This document shows positions 18,718 through 28,500 of a DNA stretch of 64,000 bases, one piece after another (the first letter of the stretch is position 1; every line of letters starts with the position of its first letter). Position numbers and translations under genes: made by a program. The DNA lies in contig CAYPFL010000007.1 of NCBI GenBank assembly GCA_964410095.1, forward strand, positions 10,952 through 74,951. Direction: 5' to 3'. Source of the DNA: an uncultured Thermodesulfatator sp. (GTDB lineage Bacteria > Desulfobacterota > Thermodesulfobacteria > Thermodesulfobacteriales > Thermodesulfobacteriaceae). The notes under the pieces are model-generated. The model had not been told where the DNA came from, did not search any database, and worked only from the letters and a program-made list of their open reading frames with translations.

Positions 18718-19088
18718 TTTTTTCAAACTAACGCATATTTTTAAAAATTAAAAAATTTTGTTTCAATATAAACAATTTTTTAAAAAAATAAATTAGAATT
18801 GACTCATCAAAAAATTGGAAAATAATTTGCAGTGAGAATTGGATCTTTGAGGAAAAATTTTGAAAAAGTATAAAAAATTTCATTTAGCTTTTCTCTCACG
18901 GAGTAGATTTCATAATTTTCCTTTATGAAGAGTTTTTATAATTTTATAAAAATTTATTTTAAAATGTGAAAAAAATAGAAATAGGTGCTCATAATTGCCT
19001 GGATAATAACTTTTGTTATAAAAAAATAATATTTTTGCATTATTTCGCACTTGTTTTTTATTAATAAAAGTTTAAAATATAAAATACT

Positions 19089-19424
19089 ATGAATGCAGAA
19101 ATACTAAAAAAATATATAAATAAATCTATAAATTTACAGAATATAAAAAATTCTAAGGAATTAGAAAAATTTAATATCTGGTGTGAATATCTTCCTGATC
19201 CTCCCGAAGATTTTGATGAGATTGAGTTTAGAACAAATTTTAAAGATAAAACTATAAGTATTGATATAGTAATACAATCTGGCAAAATACAAAGAATAAT
19301 GTTTGCTTCAGTAGATCCTAAAGACCCTACCCTTGTGAAATCCCTTACACAATCTGAATTGCAAGAATTTTTAAAAGAAAGAGAATCTGATCTGATTAAT
19401 TTTTTTAATTATATCACTCAATAA
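19089..19424 (+). CDS. hypothetical protein
   Basis: 111-aa ORF with normal composition; no family recognised. Confidence 0.7.
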   Translation: MNAEILKKYINKSINLQNIKNSKELEKFNIWCEYLPDPPEDFDEIEFRTNFKDKTISIDIVIQSGKIQRIMFASVDPKDPTLVKSLTQSELQEFLKERESDLINFFNYITQ

Positions 19425-19542
19425 CTTTTAAAACTAATATCAATATTCTAAAAATTTTTTTTATTTTTAATAATTAATATATTGAAATTTTTAAATATTT
19501 AAATATATTGTATTATCAACTTTATTAAAGGGGGAAAATAAA

Positions 19543-20157
19543 ATGATAGACAAACATCAATTAGAAAAGATGTTTGAATTTCATGGACACAAATGCTGGG
19601 CTTCTGCTCTTGGTTTTAGAGCAGGATTAATAGCTTTAAAAAAGCTCGGAGTTGAAAGGGCAAAAGCAAAAGAACTTTATACTATTATAGAAACTGGTTC
19701 TTTTCATGGAGGAGGTTGTTTCGGGGATGGCGTTCAATTTGCTACTGGATGCACAGCAGGTAAAGGAAATTTTATCAAAAAACCACGAGGAAAATTAGCT
19801 TTTACTTTGATAGATATAAAAGATTGGAAAGAAATAAGAATCAGTATCAATCCAAAAATAAAAGAAAAAATAGCTCAGTCTGCTTTTATGAAAAAAAGAG
19901 CTGCAGGAATCCCACCTTATGAAATACCAGAAGAAGAGATAATGGAAGTAGTAAATTATGTATTAGATTCTCCTGAAGATGAAGTATTAATAATTGGAGA
20001 AGTAAAAGAAACAAATTTTGAACCTCCTGCTGAAGTAATGGGCATGATAAATTGTGAAATATGTGGCGAATTGGTAGCAAAGGCATTTGTAAGAGTAATC
20101 GGACAACCTGGAAATCTTAAATTGGTATGTATAGATTGCGCAGGATATGAAGAATGA
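19543..20157 (+). CDS. FmdE-family protein with C-terminal zinc ribbon
   Basis: FHGHKC, GCFGDGVQFATGCTAGKGN, CEICGE...CIDC; strong SD. Confidence 0.85.
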   Translation: MIDKHQLEKMFEFHGHKCWASALGFRAGLIALKKLGVERAKAKELYTIIETGSFHGGGCFGDGVQFATGCTAGKGNFIKKPRGKLAFTLIDIKDWKEIRISINPKIKEKIAQSAFMKKRAAGIPPYEIPEEEIMEVVNYVLDSPEDEVLIIGEVKETNFEPPAEVMGMINCEICGELVAKAFVRVIGQPGNLKLVCIDCAGYEE

Positions 20158-20906
20158 TTTATTTTATAGTTTCTTTTATAGTATTGATATGTGCTTTTAT
20201 TTTTTCTATGTTAGGATTAGGGGGTGCCTTACTTTATATTCCTATTTTTAAATGGTTTGGCTTTGATTTTAAAACTGTAGCTATTCCCACTGGTCTTTTC
20301 TTAAATGGAATCACTGCTTTATCTTCTTCTATTTATTATTTAAAATCTAAAATGGTTGATATAAAAGGTGCGATTCCAATGATAATAACCTCTTTTATAG
20401 GAGCGCCTTTAGGTGCTTATACTACTAAATTTATCCCTACCTCTACTTTAATAATTCTTTTTGCAATAGGAATGAGTATAGCTGGAATCCGTATGATTCT
20501 TTCAAGTTCTTATGCTGAACCTACCTCATTAATGCCTTTTTTAAAAAGAGCAGTTATAACAGGATCAATTAGTTTTTTTATTGGTTTTATTGCAGGTCTT
20601 TTAGGTATTGGAGGTGGATTTCTTTTTGTTCCAATGTTAATTGCTGTAGGTTATCCTACAAAAATAGCCGCAGCTACTACTTCTTTTATAGTAGTTTTTT
20701 CTTCGTTTTCTGGTTTTGCAGGGCATGTTACAGAAGGACATTTTGACCTCCGTCTTTTAATCTTTACTACAATAGCTGTGATTATTGGTTCACAAATCGG
20801 AGCAAGAGTAATGAAAGGAAAAATGAAACCTTTATGGATTAAACGCCTCTTTGGTTTTATTCTTATTGGTGTGGCTATTAAACTTGTTTCAAAGATTTTA
20901 TTTTAG
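20154..20906 (+). CDS. TSUP (TauE/SafE) family transporter
   Basis: GLGG...P and GIGGG...VP repeats, about 8 TM helices; ATGA overlap with the FmdE gene. Confidence 0.9.
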   Translation: MIYFIVSFIVLICAFIFSMLGLGGALLYIPIFKWFGFDFKTVAIPTGLFLNGITALSSSIYYLKSKMVDIKGAIPMIITSFIGAPLGAYTTKFIPTSTLIILFAIGMSIAGIRMILSSSYAEPTSLMPFLKRAVITGSISFFIGFIAGLLGIGGGFLFVPMLIAVGYPTKIAAATTSFIVVFSSFSGFAGHVTEGHFDLRLLIFTTIAVIIGSQIGARVMKGKMKPLWIKRLFGFILIGVAIKLVSKILF

Positions 20907-21456
20907 CTATAATTTCTTTTCTTCGCTTTTTATAATACCTCTCTTCCTCACTAAAAATACAACCACAATAACCTTGACGATATACATCAAGATTTTTTGC
21001 TTCTTCTTGCCCTTGTTTATAACCGATTCTAAAATCTTCATAATAAAATGGAATTTTATATCTAAAACTTAAATCCTCTGCTATGTCTATAATAAGCTGA
21101 TGATTCTGATAAATACTATAAAGTAATGTAGTAGTAAAAGCCTCGGCTTTTATTTCTATAGCCTTTTTTGCAGTTTCTTTAAGTCTTATATAATAACATA
21201 TCTCGCATCTTTCAGGCCATTCTTTACGAAACTTAACTTTTTCTAAAAACATTCTTAAACCATAATTTTTATCCCAAATAACTTCAAAATTTTTTAATTG
21301 GCTTATAGTCTCCAAAGCTTTAATGCGTTCTCTAAATTCTCTATAAGGGTGAATATTTGGATTATAAAAAAATCCAATGACTTTAAATCCTTTTTCTCTC
21401 AAAATTTTTATAGGATATAAACTACAAGGTCCACAACAAATATGAAGTAAAATCAT
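20878..21456 (-). CDS. queH: epoxyqueuosine reductase QueH (DUF208)
   Basis: LLHICCGPC, FFYNPNIHP, RCEICY, YRQGYCGC. Confidence 0.92.
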   Translation of the reverse strand: MILLHICCGPCSLYPIKILREKGFKVIGFFYNPNIHPYREFRERIKALETISQLKNFEVIWDKNYGLRMFLEKVKFRKEWPERCEICYYIRLKETAKKAIEIKAEAFTTTLLYSIYQNHQLIIDIAEDLSFRYKIPFYYEDFRIGYKQGQEEAKNLDVYRQGYCGCIFSEEERYYKKRRKEIIAKIKSLKQV

Positions 21457-21553
21457 TTATGTTTAAAAACCTTTAAAATTTTTTAAAATTTTAAAACCAC
21501 AAAACTTTAATGCAAGATTTATTTTATTATTATCTCTAAAAAATGAATAAAAA

Positions 21554-22144
21554 ATGAATATTAAATTAAAAGACATCTGGAAAATTTCTAATCTACTTAG
21601 TTTATACAGATTATTTTTAGCATTTATTATTCCTATTTTATGGATAAAAAATGTTAAAATTCAAATTATTATAGTTCTACTTATTTCAGGTGCAATAAGT
21701 GATACTTTGGATGGTACAATAGCAAGATTATTTCATCAAAAAACTGATTTAGGGAAAATTCTTGATCCTATAGCAGATAAATTTTTTATTAATATGTTTT
21801 TTTGTTTACTTTATATAAACAAATTGATATCTTTATATTTATTTTTGATAATTATTTTAAGAGACATACTAATTTTGAGTGGTGGTATATATTTATTTAT
21901 AAACTTTTCTGATAAAATTAACCTCAAACCAACTATTTTAGGAAAAATTTCTACTGTATTTCAAGTCTCATTTCTCATATTATATTTTTTTTATATATTT
22001 ATTTTTAAGTTTCCTCAATTTATAATTTATATAATAGAAGGAGGAGTTATATTTTTTACTATAGTTTCAGGATTATCTTATGGTATTTTATTTTTTAATT
22101 ATCTAAAACTTCACCAATCAAATAAGAATTTTCCTGTTTTATAA
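21554..22144 (+). CDS. CDP-alcohol phosphatidyltransferase (PgsA-like)
   Basis: SDTLDGTIAR...LGKILDPIADK motif. Confidence 0.88.
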   Translation: MNIKLKDIWKISNLLSLYRLFLAFIIPILWIKNVKIQIIIVLLISGAISDTLDGTIARLFHQKTDLGKILDPIADKFFINMFFCLLYINKLISLYLFLIIILRDILILSGGIYLFINFSDKINLKPTILGKISTVFQVSFLILYFFYIFIFKFPQFIIYIIEGGVIFFTIVSGLSYGILFFNYLKLHQSNKNFPVL

Positions 22145-23441
22145 ACTTTACTTTTACTATCTTTCCTTTAAATTTGGTCTCAGAAGTTATATTTTTTAAC
22201 AAAACATTTATATAATTTTCTGAAAGTCCTTTCCAAGCTTGTTTATTTTCGTCATATTTTTCAAGGATAACTTTTCTAATTTTTCCAATTTCACTTTTAA
22301 GAAATTCTTTGCGTTTTTCTTCAATAATTTTTCTTAAAATATTTATTCTTTCATGTATTATATTAGCTGGGATTTTATCAGGCATTTTTTCTGCTTTTGT
22401 ACCTGGTCTTGGTGAAAAAGGGAAAATATGAAGCCAATTTAAAGGAGAATTTTTAACAACTTTACAGGTTTCTAAAAATTCTTCTTCTGTTTCTCCGGGA
22501 AATCCTACAATAATATCTGCTCCAAAAGTAGCATGTGGAAATAATTTGTAAAGTTTTTCTAATGTTTCTAAATATTCTTCTTGTGTATAATGCCGATTCA
22601 TAAGTTTTAAAATTTTATTAGATCCACTCTGTAAAGGAATATGAAAATGAGGAACCAAAAATTTGCTTTCTTTAGCATATGCTAAAAATTCTTCATCAAT
22701 CTCTTTTACTTCTAATGATGAAAGTCTTAAATTAAAAGTTTCATCATAAGTTTTTAAATAATCTTCTATAGCTAAGAGTAGCTCTGAAAATTTTTGTGCT
22801 GGTTTTAGATCTTTCCCCCATTTTCCAAGATGAATCCCTGTAAGGACAATTTCTTTATAACCTTGTTTTATATAAAAATTAATTTGTTTTAATACTAAAG
22901 AAATTGGTAAACTTCTTGGAGATCCCCGGGTATAAGGCACAATGCAATATGAGCAAAACTGGTCACATCCATCTTGAACCTTTACAAAAGCTCTTGCATG
23001 CCCATAAAATTTTTTTAAAATTATAGGGTAACAAGAGGTAAACTCTTGAATTGGGGTAACTTTAATAACTGGTTCTTTTAAATTAAAAGAAGTATTTAAA
23101 ATCTCAGCAATTCTAAATTTATCTTCTTGCCCAAGTATAAGCAAATTATTAATATTATTTTTTTTAGCCCATTCATAAATTTCTTTATAATAAACTTGAG
23201 AATAACAACCAGCAAGAATAATAAGTTCTGGAGAGAATTTATTTTTCCATCGTTTTATTATTTTCTTTGCCTCTGCTTCTGCTTTATGAGTAACTGTACA
23301 GCTATTTAAAATATAAATTTGAGCTTCTTGTTCAGAAGTTAATTTAAACTCATATTTTTCTAATTCTTCAATAAGAAATGCACTCTCTACTTGATTAACT
23401 TTACATCCTAAGGTTTTTATATAAAAAGTTTTCTTTTTCAT
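22095..23441 (-). CDS. mtaB: tRNA t6A methylthiotransferase
   Basis: TLGCKVNQ, NSCTVT, CDQFCSYC radical-SAM motif, FPFSPRPGT. Confidence 0.92.
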   Translation of the reverse strand: MKKKTFYIKTLGCKVNQVESAFLIEELEKYEFKLTSEQEAQIYILNSCTVTHKAEAEAKKIIKRWKNKFSPELIILAGCYSQVYYKEIYEWAKKNNINNLLILGQEDKFRIAEILNTSFNLKEPVIKVTPIQEFTSCYPIILKKFYGHARAFVKVQDGCDQFCSYCIVPYTRGSPRSLPISLVLKQINFYIKQGYKEIVLTGIHLGKWGKDLKPAQKFSELLLAIEDYLKTYDETFNLRLSSLEVKEIDEEFLAYAKESKFLVPHFHIPLQSGSNKILKLMNRHYTQEEYLETLEKLYKLFPHATFGADIIVGFPGETEEEFLETCKVVKNSPLNWLHIFPFSPRPGTKAEKMPDKIPANIIHERINILRKIIEEKRKEFLKSEIGKIRKVILEKYDENKQAWKGLSENYINVLLKNITSETKFKGKIVKVKFIKQENSYLIGEVLDN

Positions 23442-24235
23442 AAAACACTATATAAAAATTCCTTTATTGCTTTTTTTAACAAGATTTTATATCTCTTTTC
23501 CCCAATAGTTCTTCTTCCAAATACAAAATTAAGCTCATTAATAAGTGGTTTTTTATTTTTAAAAAGAAAGTCTATTGCAACCAAATTAAAGCCCGTTTTC
23601 TTAATGATTTCTTCTGTAAGTTCATTCAAAGCTTTTTTTAATCCTTTTTTAGGACAAGGTATTATTTCTCCTTCTTGAACAATATTTTTTTTAAATCCCC
23701 CTTTTCTAAAAAAAATAAGCTTTCTTTTTCCTATTATTACAACCCTTGCATCAAATTCCGTTGGAATATATTCTTGAATCAAAAAACCAAATCTTCCTTC
23801 TCTCTCCCAAGATTTTATCAATTTTAAGATTTTATTCAGATCTTCTTTTTTCTGAATAAGAAAAACCTCAGTTCCTTCATTTCCCCAGTTCCCTTTTAAT
23901 ACAAAAGGAGAATCAGGGAATTTAAAATTTTTTAAATAAGGATTTTCTTCTATTCCGCAGAGACGGGGTATTATAAGGGTTTCAGGATGAGGTAAATTTA
24001 ATGCTTTGAACATAAGAATTTGCCCAATTTTCCCAGGATAAAGAAATCGTAAAGTATATTCTGGAAAAACAGGAATTTTCAGACTTTTTGCAAGAAAATA
24101 TAGCTCAGAAGTAATAGTAGGAGGGAATATAACAGCTTTTGCTTTTGAAAGAACATTTAAAAGTTCTTTATTAACTGGTCCAAATTGGAAAAAATTTAAG
24201 TCTCCTTTAAATAAAGGGGTAAAAGATATAATCAT
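23438..24235 (-). CDS. RimK-like ATP-grasp protein
   Basis: VLKGNWG, LIQEYI, DARVV, INELN. Confidence 0.75.
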   Translation of the reverse strand: MIISFTPLFKGDLNFFQFGPVNKELLNVLSKAKAVIFPPTITSELYFLAKSLKIPVFPEYTLRFLYPGKIGQILMFKALNLPHPETLIIPRLCGIEENPYLKNFKFPDSPFVLKGNWGNEGTEVFLIQKKEDLNKILKLIKSWEREGRFGFLIQEYIPTEFDARVVIIGKRKLIFFRKGGFKKNIVQEGEIIPCPKKGLKKALNELTEEIIKKTGFNLVAIDFLFKNKKPLINELNFVFGRRTIGEKRYKILLKKAIKEFLYSVL

Positions 24236-24241
24236 AAGCTT

Positions 24242-24291
24242 ATTTTAATTCTGTTAAAGTCTCTTGCAATTTAATTAAAAGTTTTTAAATT
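24242..24291. promoter_or_regulatory. bidirectional promoter sharing a palindromic -35 box
   Basis: Palindromic TTGCAA(24264-69). Minus strand: 16 nt-TAAAAT-6 nt-ATG(24235). Plus strand: 16 nt-TAAATT-7 nt-ATG(24299). Neither gene has an SD. Confidence 0.6.
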
Positions 24292-24298
24292 TTTAGAT

Positions 24299-24523
24299 AT
24301 GAGTGAACTTTCAGGATTAGGTAAATTTTTAATTTTAATAGGTATATTTTTAGTTTTAATAGGAATATTTTTAACTTATCTTCCTAAAATTCCTTATATG
24401 GGTAAACTTCCAGGAGATATTTATATTAAAAAAGGAAATTTTACTTTTTATTTCCCTTTAGCTACCTGTATCCTTTTAAGTATTATCTTAACAATTATCC
24501 TTAATATCTTATTAAGAAAATAA
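24299..24523 (+). CDS. DUF2905-family small membrane protein
   Basis: TM-GKLPGDI-x-I...FYFPLATC-TM pattern. Confidence 0.85.
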   Translation: MSELSGLGKFLILIGIFLVLIGIFLTYLPKIPYMGKLPGDIYIKKGNFTFYFPLATCILLSIILTIILNILLRK

Positions 24524-24526
24524 ATT

Positions 24527-25336
24527 TTATTTATATTTTATTATTCCATTTAAACATATATAATCTTTAGAGTCCATAGCAGCTTGGAGAAGTTTTTCAT
24601 TAAATTCTAAATTTGTTCGAGGTTGAGGAGGATGCCATAAATGAAAACATATAGCCATAAATGGATGTTCTTTTCTTTTCAATCCATATTTATAAAGACG
24701 GACTACTAATTCAGAGTCTTCTCTTCCCCAACCAACAAAATCTTCATTAAATCCATTAATTGCTATTAAATGTTTTTTAAATACTCCAAGATTACAACCC
24801 TTAATTCCTCTTATTTTTGTATTTTTAAATGAAGGGAAAAATGGAGCTCGAATTAAATGATGACGATTAGAAATATGAGGCGATAAAAAAAGTTTCAATT
24901 TTTTAAAAAAAGAATCTAAAGCAGTAATATCAAATTTGTCACTTATTTTTTGATTTAAAAGAATTCTTTTCCCTTGAACAAAAAAATCTTCTTCAGCTAA
25001 TTTAAAGTGATCCGAAATAAAATTTTTTTCAGGGATGCAATCTCCATCTAAAAAAATAATATAATCTCCTGAAGAAGCTTTAATAGCTTCGTTTCTTATT
25101 TTTGCAGCTCTAAAACCTAAATCTTCATGCCATACATGTAAAAGAGGGATCGGGAATATTTTTTGAAATTTTTTTATTAATTGAGCAGTATCTTCAGTGG
25201 ATCCATCATCAGCAATTATAACTTCGTAAGGTAGTAAAGTTTGATAAAGAACTCCTTCTAAAACCTTTTTTAAATATCCGGGATTATTATAAGTAGTTAT
25301 AATCAAAGATATTTTTAAATCTTTTTTATTTTTCAT
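24527..25336 (-). CDS. glycosyltransferase family 2
   Basis: IITTYN, ADDGS, FLDGDC, GFNEDFVGWGRED; likely start MKNKK at 25336. Confidence 0.92.
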   Translation of the reverse strand: MKNKKDLKISLIITTYNNPGYLKKVLEGVLYQTLLPYEVIIADDGSTEDTAQLIKKFQKIFPIPLLHVWHEDLGFRAAKIRNEAIKASSGDYIIFLDGDCIPEKNFISDHFKLAEEDFFVQGKRILLNQKISDKFDITALDSFFKKLKLFLSPHISNRHHLIRAPFFPSFKNTKIRGIKGCNLGVFKKHLIAINGFNEDFVGWGREDSELVVRLYKYGLKRKEHPFMAICFHLWHPPQPRTNLEFNEKLLQAAMDSKDYICLNGIIKYK

Positions 25337-26606
25337 AAAATATTCCAAATTTTCTTACATCTTTTAATAATCTATTAAAACTTTTCTCCTTTTTATCAGA
25401 ATTAGAAGTATAAATAATATCAAAAGTATCAACTAACCAAAAATTATTTTCAGAATCAATCAATATATTTTTAAAAGCAGCATCTTTACTTATAAAATTA
25501 AAATCTAAAATTTTTTTAAACCAGTTTAAAAGCATATTTATATAAAATTCTTTTTCTTTAGGCGAAAGATTTTCTATAAATTTTAAAAAGTTCTTACTAT
25601 TTTTAACAAAAACAGAAACAAAAAGACTTTCTCCGTTTTTATTTTCAAAAAATCCCAAAGGAGGAGGAGTATCCCCACATAAAAAATAAAACAAATACGC
25701 ATTTATAAATGATCTTCGAGCTCGAGTATAATTTAAATTATATAAAATTAAATCTTTCAAACCTCTCCATTTGTGTTTTCTTTTTTTAAATAATTTTAAA
25801 CAAACATCTTTATATCTTACCACTAAGGCTGATCTTCCATTTTTTATAATATCTCCTAAAATTTTATTTTCTTTTTGATAAGTATTTAACCAAGTCAAAA
25901 TTTGATCTTCATAAATAAAGTTATTTGTTCTTAAAGCCAAATATCCTTTCCAATTTTCTAAAGAAACTTCTTTAAATCTTCTTGGATTATTAAGATGAGA
26001 TATCTCGTTTTTAAGAATACTAACTAAATTTTTTATTCCCTTTTTTTTAATTTCCTTTCCATATTTTATTATAAATTCCTTAGCTTCCTTATAATTACCT
26101 AAATATCCTTTTAAAAAGGATAAAATTATTTTATTGTTTATTTCTTTTATAAATGCTCCATATAATACTGATAATTGATTAATTTGTAAAGTTTTTAGAT
26201 TTGAAGCTTTTTTAATTTTATACAAATCAACTAAAAAAATTTTTTTCTCAGAAGTTATTATAATATTTCCTGCGTGAATATCTTCATGCCATATATTATG
26301 TTTATTAAAATCTTTAAAGATCTTACCGAGTTCATAAGCTATTTTAAGCTTTTCTTGATAATTTAATTTTGGTAATAATTCTTCTAAAGTTTTACCCAAA
26401 ATAAAAGACATTACAATTTGAGCTTTTAATAAAGATTTCCTATCAAATTTAACTGGTTTAGGAACATTTATATTTAGAGTATAAAGTTTTTTTAAATTAT
26501 TCCATTCTTTTAGCAATTTTAAATATGAACCCGTTTTATAAACTAACCTATTTTTATAATCAACTTCTATTTTCCTTCCCTTTCCTTCTTGTAAGACTTT
26601 ATTCAT
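25326..26606 (-). CDS. LPS kinase-like protein with two tandem Kdo/WaaP-type kinase domains
   Basis: Domain 1 HEDIHAGNII..LVDL; domain 2 KDAAFKNIL..LVDT. Confidence 0.7.
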   Translation of the reverse strand: MNKVLQEGKGRKIEVDYKNRLVYKTGSYLKLLKEWNNLKKLYTLNINVPKPVKFDRKSLLKAQIVMSFILGKTLEELLPKLNYQEKLKIAYELGKIFKDFNKHNIWHEDIHAGNIIITSEKKIFLVDLYKIKKASNLKTLQINQLSVLYGAFIKEINNKIILSFLKGYLGNYKEAKEFIIKYGKEIKKKGIKNLVSILKNEISHLNNPRRFKEVSLENWKGYLALRTNNFIYEDQILTWLNTYQKENKILGDIIKNGRSALVVRYKDVCLKLFKKRKHKWRGLKDLILYNLNYTRARRSFINAYLFYFLCGDTPPPLGFFENKNGESLFVSVFVKNSKNFLKFIENLSPKEKEFYINMLLNWFKKILDFNFISKDAAFKNILIDSENNFWLVDTFDIIYTSNSDKKEKSFNRLLKDVRKFGIFYEK

Positions 26607-26611
26607 AATTT

Positions 26612-27388
26612 CTATTTTTTATAATAAGTAATAACTCCTTCTCCCCCTCTTTTAATCACTTTCTGTGTATGTTTATCTATTTTTTGTGTTTTTTTATCAA
26701 TTAAAAATTCTATAAGTTTTCCTAATTTTTCAGTTCTATAGGTGTTATATTCATTCCAAAAATAATTCCACCAATATAAGTAAGAATCTTTAAATATCTC
26801 CATTAAAGAATATTTAAATTGTGCAAGATCTTTAATTAAATATTTCAATTTAAATAAAGGATTATACTTTATCCTTGCTACATCCATAATATAAAAAGTT
26901 TCTTTTTCCTTATCATAATGAAAATGCCCTATATAACAATCTTGATGAAATAAATTATTTTCGTGAAATAAAGCTAAAAATTTAGAAATATTTTTGAGTA
27001 AAATTTTAGTAGAAATTAAATTATTTTTAAGAAGCTCTGAAGAGGAAGGAAATTTAAGTTCTTTTGTACCAACAATTGCTCTATTTTCTTTTATACCAAA
27101 TATTACAGGAATAAGAGTAGGGAATCCTTTTTTCCATAATAAAATTATATTTTCCCATTCATTTTGAGCTTCTTTTAAATTATTTTCGTATTTTTTTAAA
27201 TAAAGTTTAAAATCTCCTAAATTAAAAGCTTTTATTGTGCGATATCTTTTTTTATAATAAAAAAAATAATTTCCTAAATTCCATAAATTTTCAAAATTTA
27301 AAAGGTTTTTATCTTTAAAATATTTTAAATATTCTAAATTTATTTCCAAATCATTTTCTTTTACAAATTTAAAATATCTTTCCATCAA
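26612..27388 (-). CDS. WaaP-like LPS heptose kinase
   Basis: FHQDCYIGHF (cf. WaaP HxDCYxxHF), MDVAR, KDLAQ. Confidence 0.75.
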   Translation of the reverse strand: MMERYFKFVKENDLEINLEYLKYFKDKNLLNFENLWNLGNYFFYYKKRYRTIKAFNLGDFKLYLKKYENNLKEAQNEWENIILLWKKGFPTLIPVIFGIKENRAIVGTKELKFPSSSELLKNNLISTKILLKNISKFLALFHENNLFHQDCYIGHFHYDKEKETFYIMDVARIKYNPLFKLKYLIKDLAQFKYSLMEIFKDSYLYWWNYFWNEYNTYRTEKLGKLIEFLIDKKTQKIDKHTQKVIKRGGEGVITYYKK

Positions 27389-28500
27389 TTATTTATTAAA
27401 ACTTGATAATAATTTTCAAAACACTTTTCTTCTGAATAATTTAAAGCTTTTTGATAAGCTTTAAATCCCATCTCTTCAAAATTTTCAAGAGTTTTTGCTA
27501 TATATTCTGCTAAAAGTTCCTCATCATCCCATCTATTTAAAATAAAACCATCCTCTTCATGAGTTATTACCATGCTTGCTCCATTAGTTTTTGTAGTAAT
27601 TACAGGGAGACCACAAGCCATAGCCTCAAGAACTACATTTGCAAAAGAATCATATTGTGAAGGAAATACAAATACATCTGCTATTCCATAAATTTTTTCT
27701 ATATCTTTTACATACCCTAAAAATCTAATCCTTTCCAAAATCCCTAATTTTCGAGAAAGTTTAAGAAAATAATGAGGCTTATCTTTTCCTGCTACTAATA
27801 AATATACATCGTAAAAATCTTTCAATCTTGCTAAGGCTTTTATAATTGTTTCAAGTCCTTTTCTTTTGAAATTATTTCCTGAAAATAAAAGGATTTTGCT
27901 ATCATTTTTAAACCCTAACATTTCGCGAAGTTTATCTTTGTTTTCTTTAATTTCTATATTGAAACGAGATAAATTTACTCCATTAGGTATTACAACAATT
28001 TTTCCGGGAAAAATGTCAAAAAATTTTAATATATTTTCTTTTTCAAACTCTGAATTTGTAATAATTTTCTTTAAGTTTGGTGAAGTAATAATTTTTTTTT
28101 GAAAAATATGATTCAATAAAAGATGGGGTCTTAAAACAGAAGCTATGTTTCTTTTTAATAAATTGGGGTATCTAATTTTAAGCCAATTTTTATAAACCCC
28201 TCCTGCAAGCCAATAAAAATCACCTTCGGGTAAAGGCATAAGAGCAAAGATTCTATCTGCCCCCCATTTTTTGGCTAAATAAAGTCCAGTATAAGCTAAA
28301 ATAAGAATACGTAAAAAAGGAGGTTTTTTAAAAATTTTTATTTCTGTTCCATAAGGTTTAAGATCTGGAGAACTAATTTTTCGTGCAAAAAGCTTTATAT
28401 TTAAACCTTTTTTAATTAAATATCTCGCAAGATTAGATGAAAATTTTTCCGCCCCTCCCTTGTATTCTTCAAAACTTTGAGAAATAAGAGCTAATTTCAT
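27385..28500 (-). CDS. glycosyltransferase family 4 (WaaG/RfaG-like)
   Basis: GGAE, PNGV, RKGL, FPSQYDSFANVVLEAMACGLP. Confidence 0.9.
   Translation of the reverse strand: MKLALISQSFEEYKGGAEKFSSNLARYLIKKGLNIKLFARKISSPDLKPYGTEIKIFKKPPFLRILILAYTGLYLAKKWGADRIFALMPLPEGDFYWLAGGVYKNWLKIRYPNLLKRNIASVLRPHLLLNHIFQKKIITSPNLKKIITNSEFEKENILKFFDIFPGKIVVIPNGVNLSRFNIEIKENKDKLREMLGFKNDSKILLFSGNNFKRKGLETIIKALARLKDFYDVYLLVAGKDKPHYFLKLSRKLGILERIRFLGYVKDIEKIYGIADVFVFPSQYDSFANVVLEAMACGLPVITTKTNGASMVITHEEDGFILNRWDDEELLAEYIAKTLENFEEMGFKAYQKALNYSEEKCFENYYQVLINN

Noticed and set aside
19476-19510. Palindrome TTTAAATATTTAAA and repeated AATATATTG upstream of the FmdE gene as an operator
   Set aside because: Such A/T-only symmetry is expected by chance at this base composition.
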